Assembly (NCBI GenBank): GCA_951406725.2
Contig: OX597817.1
Span: 163,060,001-163,124,000, forward strand
Length of the DNA stretch: 64,000 bases
Direction of reading: 5' to 3'
From: Octopus vulgaris
Lineage: Eukaryota
Part shown: positions 35,110 through 48,996 of the stretch, one piece after another
Layout: each line of letters begins with the position of its first letter
Position numbering within the stretch: the stretch's first letter is position 1
Made by a program: the position numbers and the translations under genes
The notes under the pieces: generated by a model
The model's database searches: none
Told to the model about the DNA's origin: nothing
The model's input: the letters and a program-made list of their open reading frames with translations, nothing else

Positions 35110-35619
35110 TTAGGTTTGGGGTCGATCGGAGGCTATGGTGGTAAGCTAGTGGTATAGACTTTAGATGGTTTCTGGCTTCGATGACATTTGGAGAATTAGA
35201 AGGTTTGCTCTGGCCCCTACTCTTCTTTTTGGGAAGAGTAGCCAGTGCAACTTCCTCTGTTGATTTGATGAGGCTACTGTAAACTTCTTCAATGTTCTCA
35301 GCATCTATTTCAGAAGTAGACAAAGATTGAAATTTGTTATAGACCTCAATAGTAAATTGCTTGGACATATCGGGGTTAGACGAGACTGCCTTCCAGTCGA
35401 TCGTTGTAGAGCTGAAAACGAGGTAATTTCTACTCTTCTCCTCTGGAAGCCATCTGCTCGCGATACCAGAGGGCGCACACTCTCCTACCATGATGTAATC
35501 TCCAGGGATACAGGCATCCAGCAGCAGGACCTCCGTAATGCTATGATGGACCGTGAGGTCTGGCGTAACATAGTAAATTCCATTGTCTCGACCACGTTCG
35601 AACAATGATGATGATGATG
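35110..35619 (+). mobile_element. RTE/RTEX-like LINE insertion with a 5' inversion
   Basis: 35402-35608 (+) CRAENEVISTLLLWKPS...GRTLSYHDVISRDTG...MMDREVWR plus a (GAT)n tail; 35110-35402 (-) DWKAV...FTIEVYNKFQSL...LPKKK is a post-endonuclease region. Confidence 0.75.
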
Positions 35620-35964
35620 GTAGAATATCTATGCTAGAAGCTGAAGATACTACTCAGTAGGACAGCATCCAGACCTCATTATTGCGAAACCAAATATTTA
35701 ACCACTCAGCCATGCTTGCATACGTAATGTTGTTGCACAAGCCCACACAATCTACAGTCTGAATAGACAGTCTGGCGTAACATGTAACAATAGCGATAAT
35801 GCCTTGAGATAATAGAGAAGATAGCGTGTGGAATAAGAAGCTAAAATAGTTGTGAAAATTGCTAGAAAGCATTAGATAAAAATAGTAAACGAAAATAGCG
35901 AAGAATAATGAATAAAAACCATAGAGATTAATTAGTAAAACTGATCTGTGAAATCTTTTCTTTC

Positions 35965-36570
35965 ATCTTTTACTTGGTTCAGTCATCGGACTGCGGTCAT
36001 ACTGGGGCACTAGCCTAAAGGGTTTAAGTCGAATGAATCGATTCCAGTACTCTTTTACTCTTTAACTATGTTACTGGTTTCAGTTATTTGTCTGTGGCCA
36101 TGCTGGAGCATCGCCTTTAGTCCAGCAAATCGACTCCAGAACTTCTAAGCCCAGTACTTATTCTATCGATATCTTTTGCCGAACCGCTAAGTTACGGGGA
36201 GGTAAACACACTAGCATCGGTTGTCAAGCGATGTTGGGGGAACAAACACACACACAAACGTACACACACACACATATATACACATAAGTGCGACGGGCTT
36301 CGTTCAGTTTCCGTCTGCCAAATCCACTTTCAAGACTTTGGTCGGCCCGAGGCTATAGTAGAAGACACTTGCCCAAGGTGTCACGCAGTGAGACTGAACC
36401 CGGAACCATGTGGTTAGTAAACAAGCTACTTACCACACAGCCACTCCTGCGCCTATTTCTTTTTACTGCAAGTCTTGTACTTATTCTGCCGCTCTCTTTT
36501 GTCGAACTGTTAAGTTACAGTGACGTAAACAAACAAACACCAGTTATCAAGCGGCGAGGGAATGAAAGAA

Positions 36571-36659
<89 letters not shown>

Positions 36660-36660
36660 G
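35965..36660 (-). mobile_element. SINE family B (36050-36454) nested in an older family B copy
   Basis: The older copy is interrupted at about 36050 and resumes at about 36455. Confidence 0.75.
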
Positions 36661-36754
36661 TGTAAATACATAAATACATATCCATGTAAGTGTGACTAAT
36701 ACGAGTGTATGCATGTATGTGTTATCATAAATGTTCCAGTTCGATTGTCTACGA

Positions 36755-37104
36755 CAGGGGTTCTCAACCATGGTTTTATCTATGGACCCCTTCGATTACT
36801 ATTTTATTTTGGTGGACCCCCGTAGCCGTTCGATGTTTAAAAACTAGTTTTATAGAAATTTCTTTCAAAATTCCTGTTTTGTTTTTCACACATTCACTTA
36901 TGAAAGGTTGATCTAAGCAAAATGTTAGAGAAAGAAACCTAACTCTTTCTTGCAATAAACACTAATACATACATCTAAAGGAAATTTTTTTCAGGGTCCC
37001 TTGAAATGCTATTATGGATCCCCAATTTACTATTTTGTTGCGTGGGCCCCAAAAATGTCACATGGACCTTCAGGGGCCATATGGAACTCGGTTGAGAACT
37101 CCTG
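36755..37104. mobile_element. hAT/Charlie-like MITE
   Basis: TIR CAGGGGTTCTCAACC/GGTTGAGAACTCCTG; partial 8-bp TSD GTCTACGA/GTCTTTGG. Confidence 0.8.
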
Positions 37105-37515
37105 GTCTTTGGTAATTTCTCTTTCGGCTGCAGGACATTTGTCTAGACTGTACTTCGCTGAGAACCCTTAATCTAGCATCTCTTCCTTCTCCTCCCGATT
37201 TCTTTCTATGTCTTCCTCTTACCTCCTCTTATCTCTGGCCATCTATCTTGTCCCATTTAAGGAAATAATTTAATGTGACATTGTCCGTCGATTGTTTTAT
37301 GACCTATAGACCAATCACATCTGGGTAAATCTCAGTATGTCGCTGAAATGAGAGGATCAATCCACATTCCACATTTTGTTATTTTTTCTCCGAAGCAATT
37401 AAAATTTTTAAAATTCACCTGAAGAAAGCGTTTTTTTTCATGATGTAATCGAATCATTCACTAATAAACAACGTGCTTGAAATAGCTGTAGTGACTCACT
37501 AATCCGTTTGTGTTC

Positions 37516-37564
<49 letters not shown>

Positions 37565-37744
37565 GATAGATCGCTAGCCACTACACACATTTTTTTCTCT
37601 CCTTGTTTCTTTCTATGTTCCTTTCTGTGGAAGAGCGTAGGCTCGAAACATTAAAGACTTTTTCAATTTCCAAGCGTTATACTAATACATCTGTTTGTTT
37701 TTTTACACCACCTGTCTTCGTCTTTTGTTTTTTGTGAATTCTTC

Positions 37745-37750
<6 letters not shown>
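37565..37750 (+). mobile_element. Penelope-like terminal-repeat fragment with a variant hammerhead (37621-37656), inside (TA)n
   Basis: CTTT-CTGTGGA-A-GAGCgtagGCTC-GAAACATT-AAAG; homologous to 52423-52617 and 39676-39785 (-). Confidence 0.65.
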
Positions 37751-37819
<69 letters not shown>

Positions 37820-38244
37820 GTATATATACGTATATATATGTGCCTTTGATTTTGTGTTTGTCTCACAGCACTGCTTGACAACCGGTGTTGGCTTGTTTAC
37901 GTCCCCGTAACTTAGTGGTTCGGCAAAGAACCAGAATTAAGAAATAAGTAGCGGGGTGGATGGGTTAATCTATTTGTGTGTAAAACCCTTTAAGGCGGTT
38001 TTCCCCAACATGGCCGTTGTCTAACGACGGACTTATGTAAAAGATAAAAGAGAGACGATAAACCCCAAGACATCCGTTGTGTTTGGTATTAATAGACAGG
38101 TTAACAAGAACGGCTTATCAAAGAGAGAAAGAAACAAAAGATAGCAGCTTGAAAGTACGTAAGGGCTTCTCTTAAAGAATCACAAATTCCTCTGCAGATC
38201 GTTGGCGTTGATGAGATAATTCCCTTCGTTATATGAGATAAAAG

Positions 38245-38700
38245 GGCTCTTTTCGGTTTGAACGGCAGTTTTTTCTAGCGATGTCATATGAAATTGTCAC
38301 CCATAATTACGACCCTAGTATCGATCTATTGCATTTCAATCTGTTTTAGGGTTAGTTAGAGTTAGTTAGGGTTAGGGTTAGGGGTGGGGAGAAGGGTATC
38401 TTTTTTTCTTCAGAAATGTAAATAAACCCAATCTGTTTCTTAAACGAGGGACATATTCATACGGCACAGAATGTTTTTTCTTTTTTTTTTTTACCTCAAC
38501 AGACGTCATTGATTGGTTGAAATTGCAGAAATTGAAGAAAAACAACAACAAATATCTTACAAACTATAGAATTTTCTCAATAAAGCCAAGAGAAAAAGAT
38601 GCTTTATAAACACATTCTACCAGTATACGAAGTTTAAAAGTGTTTAGTTACGTGGAAATTATTTAAAAAAAAAAAACTGCCGTTCAAACCGAAAAGATCC
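38245..38700. mobile_element. Non-autonomous DNA transposon, Merlin-like (GG termini, 8-bp TSD), with internal TTAGGG repeats
   Basis: Perfect TSD GATAAAAG (38237-44, 38701-08); ~28-bp TIR GG(C/A)TCTTTTCGGTTTGAACGGCAGTTTTT. Confidence 0.85.
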
Positions 38701-39280
38701 GATAAAAGAAACTTGAACTTCTACTGTTCGAGATAGCGAATTTTTCAAATGTCTCTCATTTGTTTAATTAAAATTGATATAGCAAAAAGAAAACAGAACG
38801 CGGTTGCATGTTATTTTATGCGTAGTTACTTCCGGCTACTGCGTGTTATTCTTTATACAGTTACTTCCGGCTTGTGAAGGCGAAGCTTAACATGCACACG
38901 TTTAGAAATCACAGACTTAAACTAGCTATGTGAAGAAACATCTGCGAGTTCGTTCATCCTACTTCATATTGTAACCAAATATCTCTCATATCGTACCACG
39001 CTGCTTCTAAAAAGTAAAGGGATTTCGTTAGTATGTCTAGCAGCTTCACAGACGCTCCTTTATTGATTCTATACTGAGAGGTTAAATAGAAAAGTTGAGA
39101 CTTTTAAATATGCATTTGAATGTGCTGGAGCGCGCGTACGTGCGTGTTAGCACATGTGGTTCCCAGGATACCTTCGCATTAATGGATTATGAGCAGTAAC
39201 AGACACGCCTCTGCTCTCTTAGTCCGCTAAATTTTGCTGCACGCACGCACACACGTATGTTGGGATTGGTCAAATGATGT

Positions 39281-39329
39281 AGCCATTTCTGATGAGACCC
39301 CAATAAGTTCCGAAAATCGATTAAGGTTA
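39281..39329 (+). ncRNA. Degenerate minimal hammerhead ribozyme
   Basis: CTGATGA-GACCCcaataaGTTCC-GAAA-ATCGAT-TA; palindromic AATCGATT; stem II is damaged. Confidence 0.55.
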
Positions 39330-39571
39330 TTCATTATTTTTTCAATCTACAGAGGGAAGTAGGTAATTTTGCCTAAATTTCTATGTCTACTACGTAGAGA
39401 TCGTAGATTTACATGTATTATATCATACTTTGTTGACTGGGTTTCCCCGTTAACTATATTAAATAAAGTGTTAAACACTTATTGTATCCATTTCTCTGAC
39501 GATTTGATGTTTATTATAAACAGATTGGTTTCTCGGTTCTATTAGGTTGGTGAACTGATGTAGACACCACA

Positions 39572-39612
39572 CCTCTGATGAGATCCCAGTAAGGGTCGAA
39601 AACCGATTAGGG
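39572..39612 (+). ncRNA. Minimal type I hammerhead ribozyme
   Basis: CCT-CTGATGA-GATCCcagtaaGGGTC-GAAA-ACCGAT-TA-GGG. Confidence 0.7.
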
Positions 39613-39869
39613 CTGTTCATAATTTTCTTAGTCTACGGAGAAATCGGTAAATTTACGTGGTGTGTGTGTGTGTAGTTCAAATTTGCAGAAAACAAAAGAC
39701 GAAGTTAGGTGTAGGAACAAGAAGTATTAGTTTAACGCTCGGGAAGAATGGAAAAGTCTTTTACGTTTCGAGCCTACGTTCTGTAACTACGTATATGTAA
39801 CTACTCGGTATATGTCTATTAGTATTTCGATTAAAGCACATTCACCCCGCTGGCTAAGCGTACAGGCTA

Positions 39870-40057
39870 ACAGAAGAAAGAGTGAGAAAAAGTTGTGGCG
39901 ATAGAGTACAGCAGGGATCGCCTTCCCTCCTGCCGGAGCGTCGTGGAGCTTTAGGTGTTTTCGCTCAATAAACACTCACAACGCCCGGTCTGGGAATTGA
40001 AACTGCACTCCTTCGACCGCGAGTCCGCTGCTCTAACCACTGGGCCATTGCGGCTCC
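39870..40057 (-). mobile_element. SINE family C, 5' half
   Basis: Homologous to 17140-17334. Confidence 0.8.
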
Positions 40058-40183
40058 ACACACACATACAGGCGAGAAAACTATATGTGAATATAAGATG
40101 TAAGCAAAACCAAATGAAAATATTCACCTTGAAAAATTTGTGTTTATTAATAGCGTTGTGTTTACCATATAAACTATAAGCAC

Positions 40184-40248
<65 letters not shown>

Positions 40249-40514
40249 CACACGTACGCACATACAAACACGCACATACACATATACAAACTTGTACCGA
40301 CATTTTCTTATGTGTTGAAAATTAATGGTTAAGAAAAATAATTTGTCAGAAACAAATATTAATTGAATTGAATTTCATTAATGACTGCTGACTGCTAGTG
40401 AAATATTACTCGTATTAAAATTGGGAGACATGTTGTTTGTTGTGATTGGAACGAACAGTTGTCTGACGAGTAATTTGCTGGGAGCGGGAAACAAAATTAT
40501 GTATTTCAAAGAGA

Positions 40515-40515
<1 letters not shown>

Positions 40516-40575
<60 letters not shown>

Positions 40576-40601
40576 TCACCACCACCACCACTACCACCAC
40601 C

Positions 40602-40662
<61 letters not shown>

Positions 40663-40720
40663 TTACTACTACTACTACCACCACCATCACCACCACCACC
40701 ACCACCACTACTACTACTAT

Positions 40721-40757
<37 letters not shown>

Positions 40758-40791
40758 GCTGCTGCTGCTTCTGCTGCTTCTGCTGCTGCTG

Positions 40792-40827
<36 letters not shown>

Positions 40828-40839
40828 TTACTGATGCTG

Positions 40840-40877
<38 letters not shown>

Positions 40878-41026
40878 GATGCTGCTACTACTACCACCAC
40901 CTCCACCACCACCACCACCACCACCACTACTACTACTACTGCTGCTGCAGCTGCTACTACTACTACTATTACTACTACTACTACTACCACCACCATCACC
41001 ACCACCACCACCACTACTACTACTAT

Positions 41027-41060
<34 letters not shown>

Positions 41061-41094
41061 GCTGCTGCTGCTTCTGCTGCTTCTGCTGCTGCTG

Positions 41095-41127
<33 letters not shown>

Positions 41128-41139
41128 TTACTGATGCTG

Positions 41140-41177
<38 letters not shown>

Positions 41178-41199
41178 GCTGCTGCTGCTTCTGCTGCTG

Positions 41200-41249
<50 letters not shown>

Positions 41250-41250
41250 G
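40516..41250. repeat. Compound trinucleotide microsatellite (CTA/CCA/CTG)n
   Basis: Read directly from the sequence; it generates the poly-V/Y/L ORFs. Confidence 0.97.
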
Positions 41251-41573
41251 ATATCTCTTGTGATATTAACGATGATTACTGATTTAGGTACAAAAGACCA
41301 ATAATTTTGAGAGAAGGTGATTAGTCGATACGATCGACCTTAGTACTTGGCTGTCACGTTTTTTTTTATCGACCCTTCGATGGATGCGACAATTGCAGTT
41401 TTTGTTTAAAATAGCCACCAGTGCATCGTACTTAAAACAGATACATCTTCGAAAGTCAAGTTTATTGCATTATTCGTCTTGTGCTAATATCTTTTATAGA
41501 CGTACAATGTCAAAAGACAGAAATATATTCCAGTACTTATATGTATTATACTTGTTCTAACTTTCATTTCGTC

Positions 41574-41643
<70 letters not shown>

Positions 41644-42112
41644 TCTGCATGTGCATGTGTGTGTACATATTTAGATTAAAAAAAAACAGAGATAAATAAC
41701 AGTCTATACTGTCAATTTAAATGTAACTACATTTTTTTAGTATACAAGTATTTTGTGTGCGTATGTGTTACTCAAAGCTATGTATGCTTGTATGTATGTA
41801 TGTATGTGGATTTGGATGTGTATGTATAGACATATGTACGTATGTCTCCACATAACATATGTATATATGTGTTATGTAGAGACAACAGTTCTTTATTATG
41901 ACTCGGCTTACGCTCGGACAAAAAAAAATTCTTTAATATAAAGACGTTTGTATGTGTGTATGTATGTATGTGTGTATGTATATATGTATGCCATTATTCC
42001 TTTTTATTTCAAGACTTCTTGCCAATAGAGAAAGAGCCGGTTTCTAACCTAGATCCAAGGCTCCTTCATTGAAATTTCAACAACATCAATAGGATATTTT
42101 TGTATGTTTGTA

Positions 42113-43221
42113 TTGGGTTATCTTATAAATAATACGTTTTTTATACATTTATTTTTCAAAATTAAAATAAAGTTATTTTTAAATTTAAAATATACTCTCC
42201 TTCATTTTCTACAATGCTCTTCTGTCTATCTGGTGGACATGCAAGGCCCCTCTTCAAAATACACTTGTCCGTGATTAAAAATACTCCTCTAGTACTGTTC
42301 TGACTCCGTTTACAGAGTTCATATTTTTTCCGTCCAAATGATTTTGAAGACTGCAGAATAAATGATAATCAGATGGGGCAATGTCCGGTGAATATGGTGG
42401 GTGGGGCATCGTTGCCCATTCAAACTGCTCCAGTCTTTGGAATGTTATCCTCACTGTATGTGGCGGAGCATTATCCTGATGGAAGAACACCTTTCATGTT
42501 GAAACCAAAGATGGTCGTTTGTCTTCTTGCGCTGACTTAAGCCGCTCAAGCTGTTCACAGTAGATCTTCTTTGTTATCATTTGGTTTGAGTTTAAAAGTT
42601 CAAATTTAACTAAACCTTTCATACCTCACCAAACAGATAACGACACCTTACGTGGGTGAAGGCATTCTTTAGCCTGGGGTGCCGGTGTTTCCCTTTTCCC
42701 TACCCACTGTCTTCGACGCTTGACATTTTTATAGAGGACCCATTTCTCCAAAAAAAAAAAAGGTTCATTCGTGAGACGTGACAGCAAAGAAGAGCACACA
42801 TTCACTTTCTGTGTGTGATTAGACTCGGAAAGTTTGTGAGGAACCCATTGACCCAATTTGCCGACTTTTCCGATGTCACACAGGTGTCGATGAATAGTTG
42901 AATGACCAAATCCAAGCTTCTCCGCTAGTTCCTCAACAGTTACGATGGGGTTTTGTTCCATCAGGGTTTTCAGGACGTCCTCGTCGAGCTCTACAGACCT
43001 TCCAGGTCGAGGCTCGTGCTCTAGGCTGCAGTTTCCGGCTCGGAATTTCCGGAACCACCGTTCACAATGGCTTTCGCTTATTGTCCGATCACCATGTACT
43101 AAGAACAGGGTAAAATTACTACCTACTTTTATAGCAAGTTGATGCAGGTAGTTTATCCCGCCCCCCTCCGACTTTTAGTTCATGCAATTGAAAAAACCGC
43201 ATTATTTATGGGATGACCCAA
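42113..43221 (-). mobile_element. Degenerate DD34D mariner (1109 bp)
   Basis: TA TSD; TIR TTGGG(T)(T/C)ATC..ATAAATAAT; WVPHKL; HQDNAPPH and HPPYSPDIAPSDYHLF with 34 residues between the last two Asp. Confidence 0.93.
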
Positions 43222-43303
43222 TATGTAAGCATGTATACGTGCAGATTCGTCTGTTTTGTCTTATTCAGCCAACCGACCAATTGCAGCAATAGTAATTTTT
43301 CGA

Positions 43304-43340
<37 letters not shown>

Positions 43341-43665
43341 CGCGAAATCGCGGAGATACTTTGGCCAGTAACTGATGAGTATTTGGCGACCTTCTGTGTC
43401 CGTTTCCTGTTTGTTTATGCTTATATATATTACATGTTTTTCAACTTATTACATAAATAATTTGGGTATAATAATCCTTTTCTATTCTAGGAAACAGGCC
43501 TGAAATTTGAGGGGAGGGGCAGTTGATTAGATGAACCCCAGTACGCAACTGGTACTTGATTTATCGATCGCGAAATTTGTACCCAAGAATACTAGATCAG
43601 TTTGTTGTTGTTGTTTACGTCTTGGCCAATAACGACTCAAAAGCGTTGTGGTTGATTATTTATGA

Positions 43666-44135
43666 CTAGTATGATAACCCGATTTCATTCGGGTCTACTC
43701 GGGCCACATTTTAAAGATGAGGAATTTAAAAAAAAAACCGAAAATTTTATTAAAAATTAAAAAGAAAATGAGGGCAAAAAGCACTCGTTTTTTTTCACAA
43801 TGAAAAATCGTTTCCTAGTAGCCGGAATTTCGCGACAAAATGTATGTTTATTAAGCACAACAGCCTGCAGTGCATGCCGCTGGGCATTAAAAGCCAATCG
43901 CACAAACCTTAGAGGGGCTATGGGCCCCCTTGAATCGATAAAAAATCATTCTTTTTGCCATAGCAACCACATCTTTATAGCTTGCGAATTTTAACCATCA
44001 CGGGTCTCATCCACACCACGCATTTAGTATCCTTGTCAATTTTCAGCTCGATCCTAGCCTCTGTTTGGCCGCCATTAGCCGTCAAAGCAAAATGTGCATA
44101 CAATTTTCGTCCAAGGACTGTTTTATAGATACAGA
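43666..44135 (-). mobile_element. Non-autonomous Helitron of a different family
   Basis: Minus strand A|TCTGTATCTATAAAAC...ACCCGAatgaaaTCGGGT (hairpin) TATCATACTAG|T. Confidence 0.75.
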
Positions 44136-44495
44136 TTTCATTATCTTCTAATATGTTTTTCTTATTTAAAGACACAGTATGAAGTAGAAGTTACAATTCC
44201 TAGCTGGTGGAGCTCCATGAAGACGGACGCTCCGTGTTTGATTCGAGATAAGTTTCTGTGCTTCGGGGTTAGTAATATAAATACCAGTTAAGTATTGGGG
44301 TTGATGTAAATGACTTACGCATTTCCCCCAAATTTCTGGCCTTGTTCAAAATTTGGAAATGAATATTATGGAGTTCGGAGTATTCTTTGATGTTTGTATA
44401 TTAAACTAAATTATATGTAGCGATAGCTCAATATTGTCATATACTGTCGATTCTGTCCATCTTTTCAGGTCATCTGCTTTGTACTCCTAGTACTC

Positions 44496-44496
<1 letters not shown>

Positions 44497-44583
<87 letters not shown>

Positions 44584-44604
44584 CTCAATCAATCAATCAC
44601 TCAC

Positions 44605-44639
<35 letters not shown>

Positions 44640-44794
44640 TTCAATCAATCAATCAATCGATCAATCAGTTTCACTATCAGTTTATCTACTTACCTGCACA
44701 CCTACCAACATGTGTCCGTCTATGTATGTATGTATGTATGTATGTATGTATGTATGTATGTATGTATGTATGTATGTATCTGTCTGTCTGTCTA

Positions 44795-44877
<83 letters not shown>

Positions 44878-44912
44878 GTCTACCTGTCTGTCTATTTTTC
44901 TATGTCTGTCTG

Positions 44913-44979
<67 letters not shown>

Positions 44980-45095
44980 GTCTATCTGTCTATCTGTCTA
45001 CCTGTCTGTCTGTCTGTCTGTCTGTCTCGCTGTCTTCCTTTCTACCTACCCGTCTGTCTGCCTGTCTTCCTGTTTATATGTCTTTCTATCTATAT
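44497..45095. repeat. Tetranucleotide microsatellites (TCAA)n and (TATG/TCTG/TCTA)n
   Basis: Read directly from the sequence. Confidence 0.95.
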
Positions 45096-45417
45096 TTGAG
45101 TATTTCTGTCTAGCTCCTGGTTTGTTTACACGCAACACGCACACACACACAGAGATTATTTTGTTATTCCTCAGAGTTTCGTGAACAGTGAAACTCCTTC
45201 GCAGAGATTCGAAATTCTCTGTCGAAGTAAAGACTAATTTTAGCGCCACAGTAAATATATATATATGTACGTCTGTATATACATCAATTATAATAGCTAA
45301 ATGATACTATTTCAACTCGCTTAGATGTCTTAGTAAACATCTCGGTGTATAAAATCGTTTCTAATAGCGTTTAATGGCTAGTCAGGTGAAAGGATGTAAA
45401 CAAACAAGGAGAGAAAG

Positions 45418-45536
<119 letters not shown>

Positions 45537-45863
45537 GTGACGGGAAGGAATCTACAAGGAAGTAAAAAGTCTATATCGAAGACAAGAAGGAATATGAAAT
45601 AACACACACACACACACGCACATACACACACACACATACACACACGCACACACACTCACATACACACACACAAATACATGTACACATACTCGCACACACA
45701 TACACGCATACGCACACATACATACACATACATACATAGATACACACTACACACACACATACACACACTATACACACACACATACATACACATACATACA
45801 TAGACACACACAATACACACACATACATACACACACACACGCACAAACACAGACACAGACACA

Positions 45864-45899
<36 letters not shown>

Positions 45900-45900
<1 letters not shown>

Positions 45901-46132
45901 CTTTTACTTGCTTCACTCATTGGACTGCAGCCATGCATGGCCACCTCTTTGAAAGGTTTAGTTGAATAAATCCCAGTACATATTTTTTTGAAGTCTGGTA
46001 CTTAATATGTAGTGTTTTTTATTTTTGCCGAACTGCTAAGTTACAACGATGTAAACAAACCAATACCGGCTGTTAAGCTGTGGGATGAGTGTGGCGATAA
46101 ACACAACAGAAACGCGACGTCACGCGCGCACG

Positions 46133-46166
<34 letters not shown>

Positions 46167-46333
46167 ATATAAGATGGGCTTCATTTACTTTCCGTGTATC
46201 AAATCCACTCACAAAAGTTTATTCCACCTGGGGCTATAGCAGGAGACACTTGTCCAAAGAGCCGTGCAGTGAGGGTCCGAACCCGAAGCCATGTGGTTGC
46301 AAAGCGAGAACTTTTACCACATAGCTACGCCTG
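45900..46333 (-). mobile_element. SINE family B, diverged
   Basis: Family motifs recognisable at both ends. Confidence 0.7.
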
Positions 46334-47477
46334 TAGCTGTACACACCTACATACGTATACGTGCATGCATACATACATACATACATGCATACATACATAC
46401 ATACATACATACATACATACATACATACATACATACATACATACATACATACGTACGTACGTACATACATACATACATACATACATACATACATACATAC
46501 ATACATACATACATGCATACATGGCGGCTGTCTCCTCGTTATCGAGTATGGCCATTGCACGAAGTTTAATCAATGTTGTTATCGTGCAATGCCTGTGCAA
46601 GAAGATTTTTTTTAAAGTGAGGAAAGGCTGTGCACTGAGTCAATCCCACTCACTAAGCAACAGCAGCCATAATCCGAAAAGAAGAACAAGTCAACATCAT
46701 CGGTAACCACTGAGCCGCAGGTTTTATGTTGGAGTTATCCCAGTTACCTAAGTTACCTTCTCCTAGAAGGATGCCCTAACAAAGGCTAGGAGTCCTTCAC
46801 TCCCAATGGTTTAACCGCGCGATCGGGTATTCAGTCCGATTATTTCTATGTCCCCGCGCATGATCCAGTCTTAAGACATTTATTGGATGGCCGTTGACTT
46901 TCAAGAGTTCCTCCGCCCTTTGACAGGTTTTGTTTTTCATCCCGCAGGGTGTCCAATAAACACCCTCCTCACCAAGCAAGCTTGGTGGGGTTGCCGGTTT
47001 AGTCGCCGATGACTCGACCATGCAACAGGTTGTACTGGGTTACATGTTACCAGTAGCACTCGAAAGTGACCTGACATACATACATACATACATACACACA
47101 TACATACATACATACATACATACATACATACATGCATACATGCATGCATGCATACATGCATGCATGCATACATACATACATACATACATACACATACATA
47201 CATACATACATACATACATAAACATATATACATAAACATTTATACACACACAAACACACACACACCGCATATGTGTAAGGCTGCCTGTCCAAAGGAATTT
47301 GGTCTGTATAAAGAACCCAAAGTATAAGGAACAAGTGCCAACATGGTTTATTAACACGCACGCACAAGCAATATTTTGGCACAAAGATTTGAACAATCAA
47401 ATTTACGCTCAAAACTCGAGTGGAACTGAGCGCTGAGATGCCATCAGGATGGATGGATGGAATCCAGGAAGCCATGG

Positions 47478-47643
47478 TCGCGAAGTGAACTTGGCTGCGT
47501 GGTAAGAAGCTTGCTTCCCAACCACATGGTTCCGGGTTCAGTCTCACCGCGTGGCACCTCGGGCAAGTGTTTTCTACTATAGCCTTGGGCTGATCAAACC
47601 CCTGTGAGTGGATTTGGCAGACGGAAACTGAAAGAAGTCGGTC

Positions 47644-47721
<78 letters not shown>

Positions 47722-48480
47722 ATATGTATGTATGTATGTATGTGTATGTGTGTGTGTGTGTGTTTCTGTCTGTGTTTGTCCTAGTTCCTCCGCTTGAAAA
47801 CCGATATTAGTGTGTTTTCGTCCCCATAACGTAGCGGTTCAGCAAAAGAGAACGATAAAATAAGTATCAGTCTTAAAAAAAAAAAAGGTGTTGGGGTCGA
47901 TTCATTTGGCTAAAAACGCCTTATGGCGGTGCTGCAGCATGGCCGCAATCTAATGATTGAAACAAGTCACATACAAACACACATACATGCATACATATAT
48001 ACATACATATATAGATATATATATAAAATATAGTTTTTTTTTCTACATAAAATAATATATATATATATATATATATAGGCGCAGGAGTGGCTGTGTGGTA
48101 AGTAGCTTGCTAACCAACCACATGGTTCCGGGTTCAGTCCTACTGCGTGGCATCTTGGGCAAGTGTCTTCTGCTATAGCCTCGGGCCGACCAAAGCCTTG
48201 TGAGTGGATTTGGTAGACGGAAACTGAAAGAAGCCTGTCGTATATATTTATATATATATATATGTATGTGTGTTTGTTTGTGTGTCTGTGTTTGTCCCCC
48301 TAGCATTGCTTGACAACCGATACTGGTGTGTTTACGTCTCCGTCACTTAGCGGTTCGGCAAAAAGAGACCGATAGAATAAGTACTGGGCTTACAAAAAAA
48401 GAATAAGTCCCGGGGTCGAGTTGCTCGACTAAAGGCGGTGCTCCAGCATGGCCGCAGTCAAATGACTGAAACAAATAAAA
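47478..48480 (+). mobile_element. Two SINE family B copies (47478-47968 older; 48078-48480 near consensus)
   Basis: tggctg(c/t)gtggtaag...ggttcagtc...gggcaagtgt...tgaaacaa. Confidence 0.88.
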
Positions 48481-48534
48481 TAGTAAATAGTAATAGTATA
48501 TATATATATACATATATATCTTTAATATAATATA

Positions 48535-48717
48535 CAGGGTGTCCCAGAAGATGCGCACCACCCTGGTTTTTTAAAAGAACACACCCTTACTAATCACAAC
48601 AAATGCTCGAATTGAGCACCCTCTACCATAAAACATGCAGGAAAAATATAATAAAAGAAAATGCTTTAATTATTTTAAATGAACACCAGAATGGTGCGCG
48701 ACTTCTGGGACACACTG
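48535..48717. mobile_element. Tc1/mariner MITE
   Basis: TA TSD; TIR CAG(G/T)GTGTCCCAGAAG..GCGCACCA. Confidence 0.88.
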
Positions 48718-48726
48718 TATATACAT

Positions 48727-48777
<51 letters not shown>

Positions 48778-48996
48778 CACACACACATATATATATATAT
48801 ACATATATATATATACACACATATATATATATACATACATATATATACATATATATATACATACATACATACATACATACACACACACATATATATATAC
48901 ACACATATATATATACATACATATATATATATATATATATTCTCTATCCCTGTTGCCCGCTTTGGGATCTTTCTTTCCTCTCTCTTCCTTCTTTAT

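Noticed and set aside
38345-38385. Telomere or chromosome-fusion scar
   Set aside because: Only a few repeats, and they lie inside a TIR element with a TSD.
40415-41304. Poly-V, poly-Y and poly-L ORFs
   Set aside because: Compound CTA/CCA/CTG microsatellite with no splice or compositional support.
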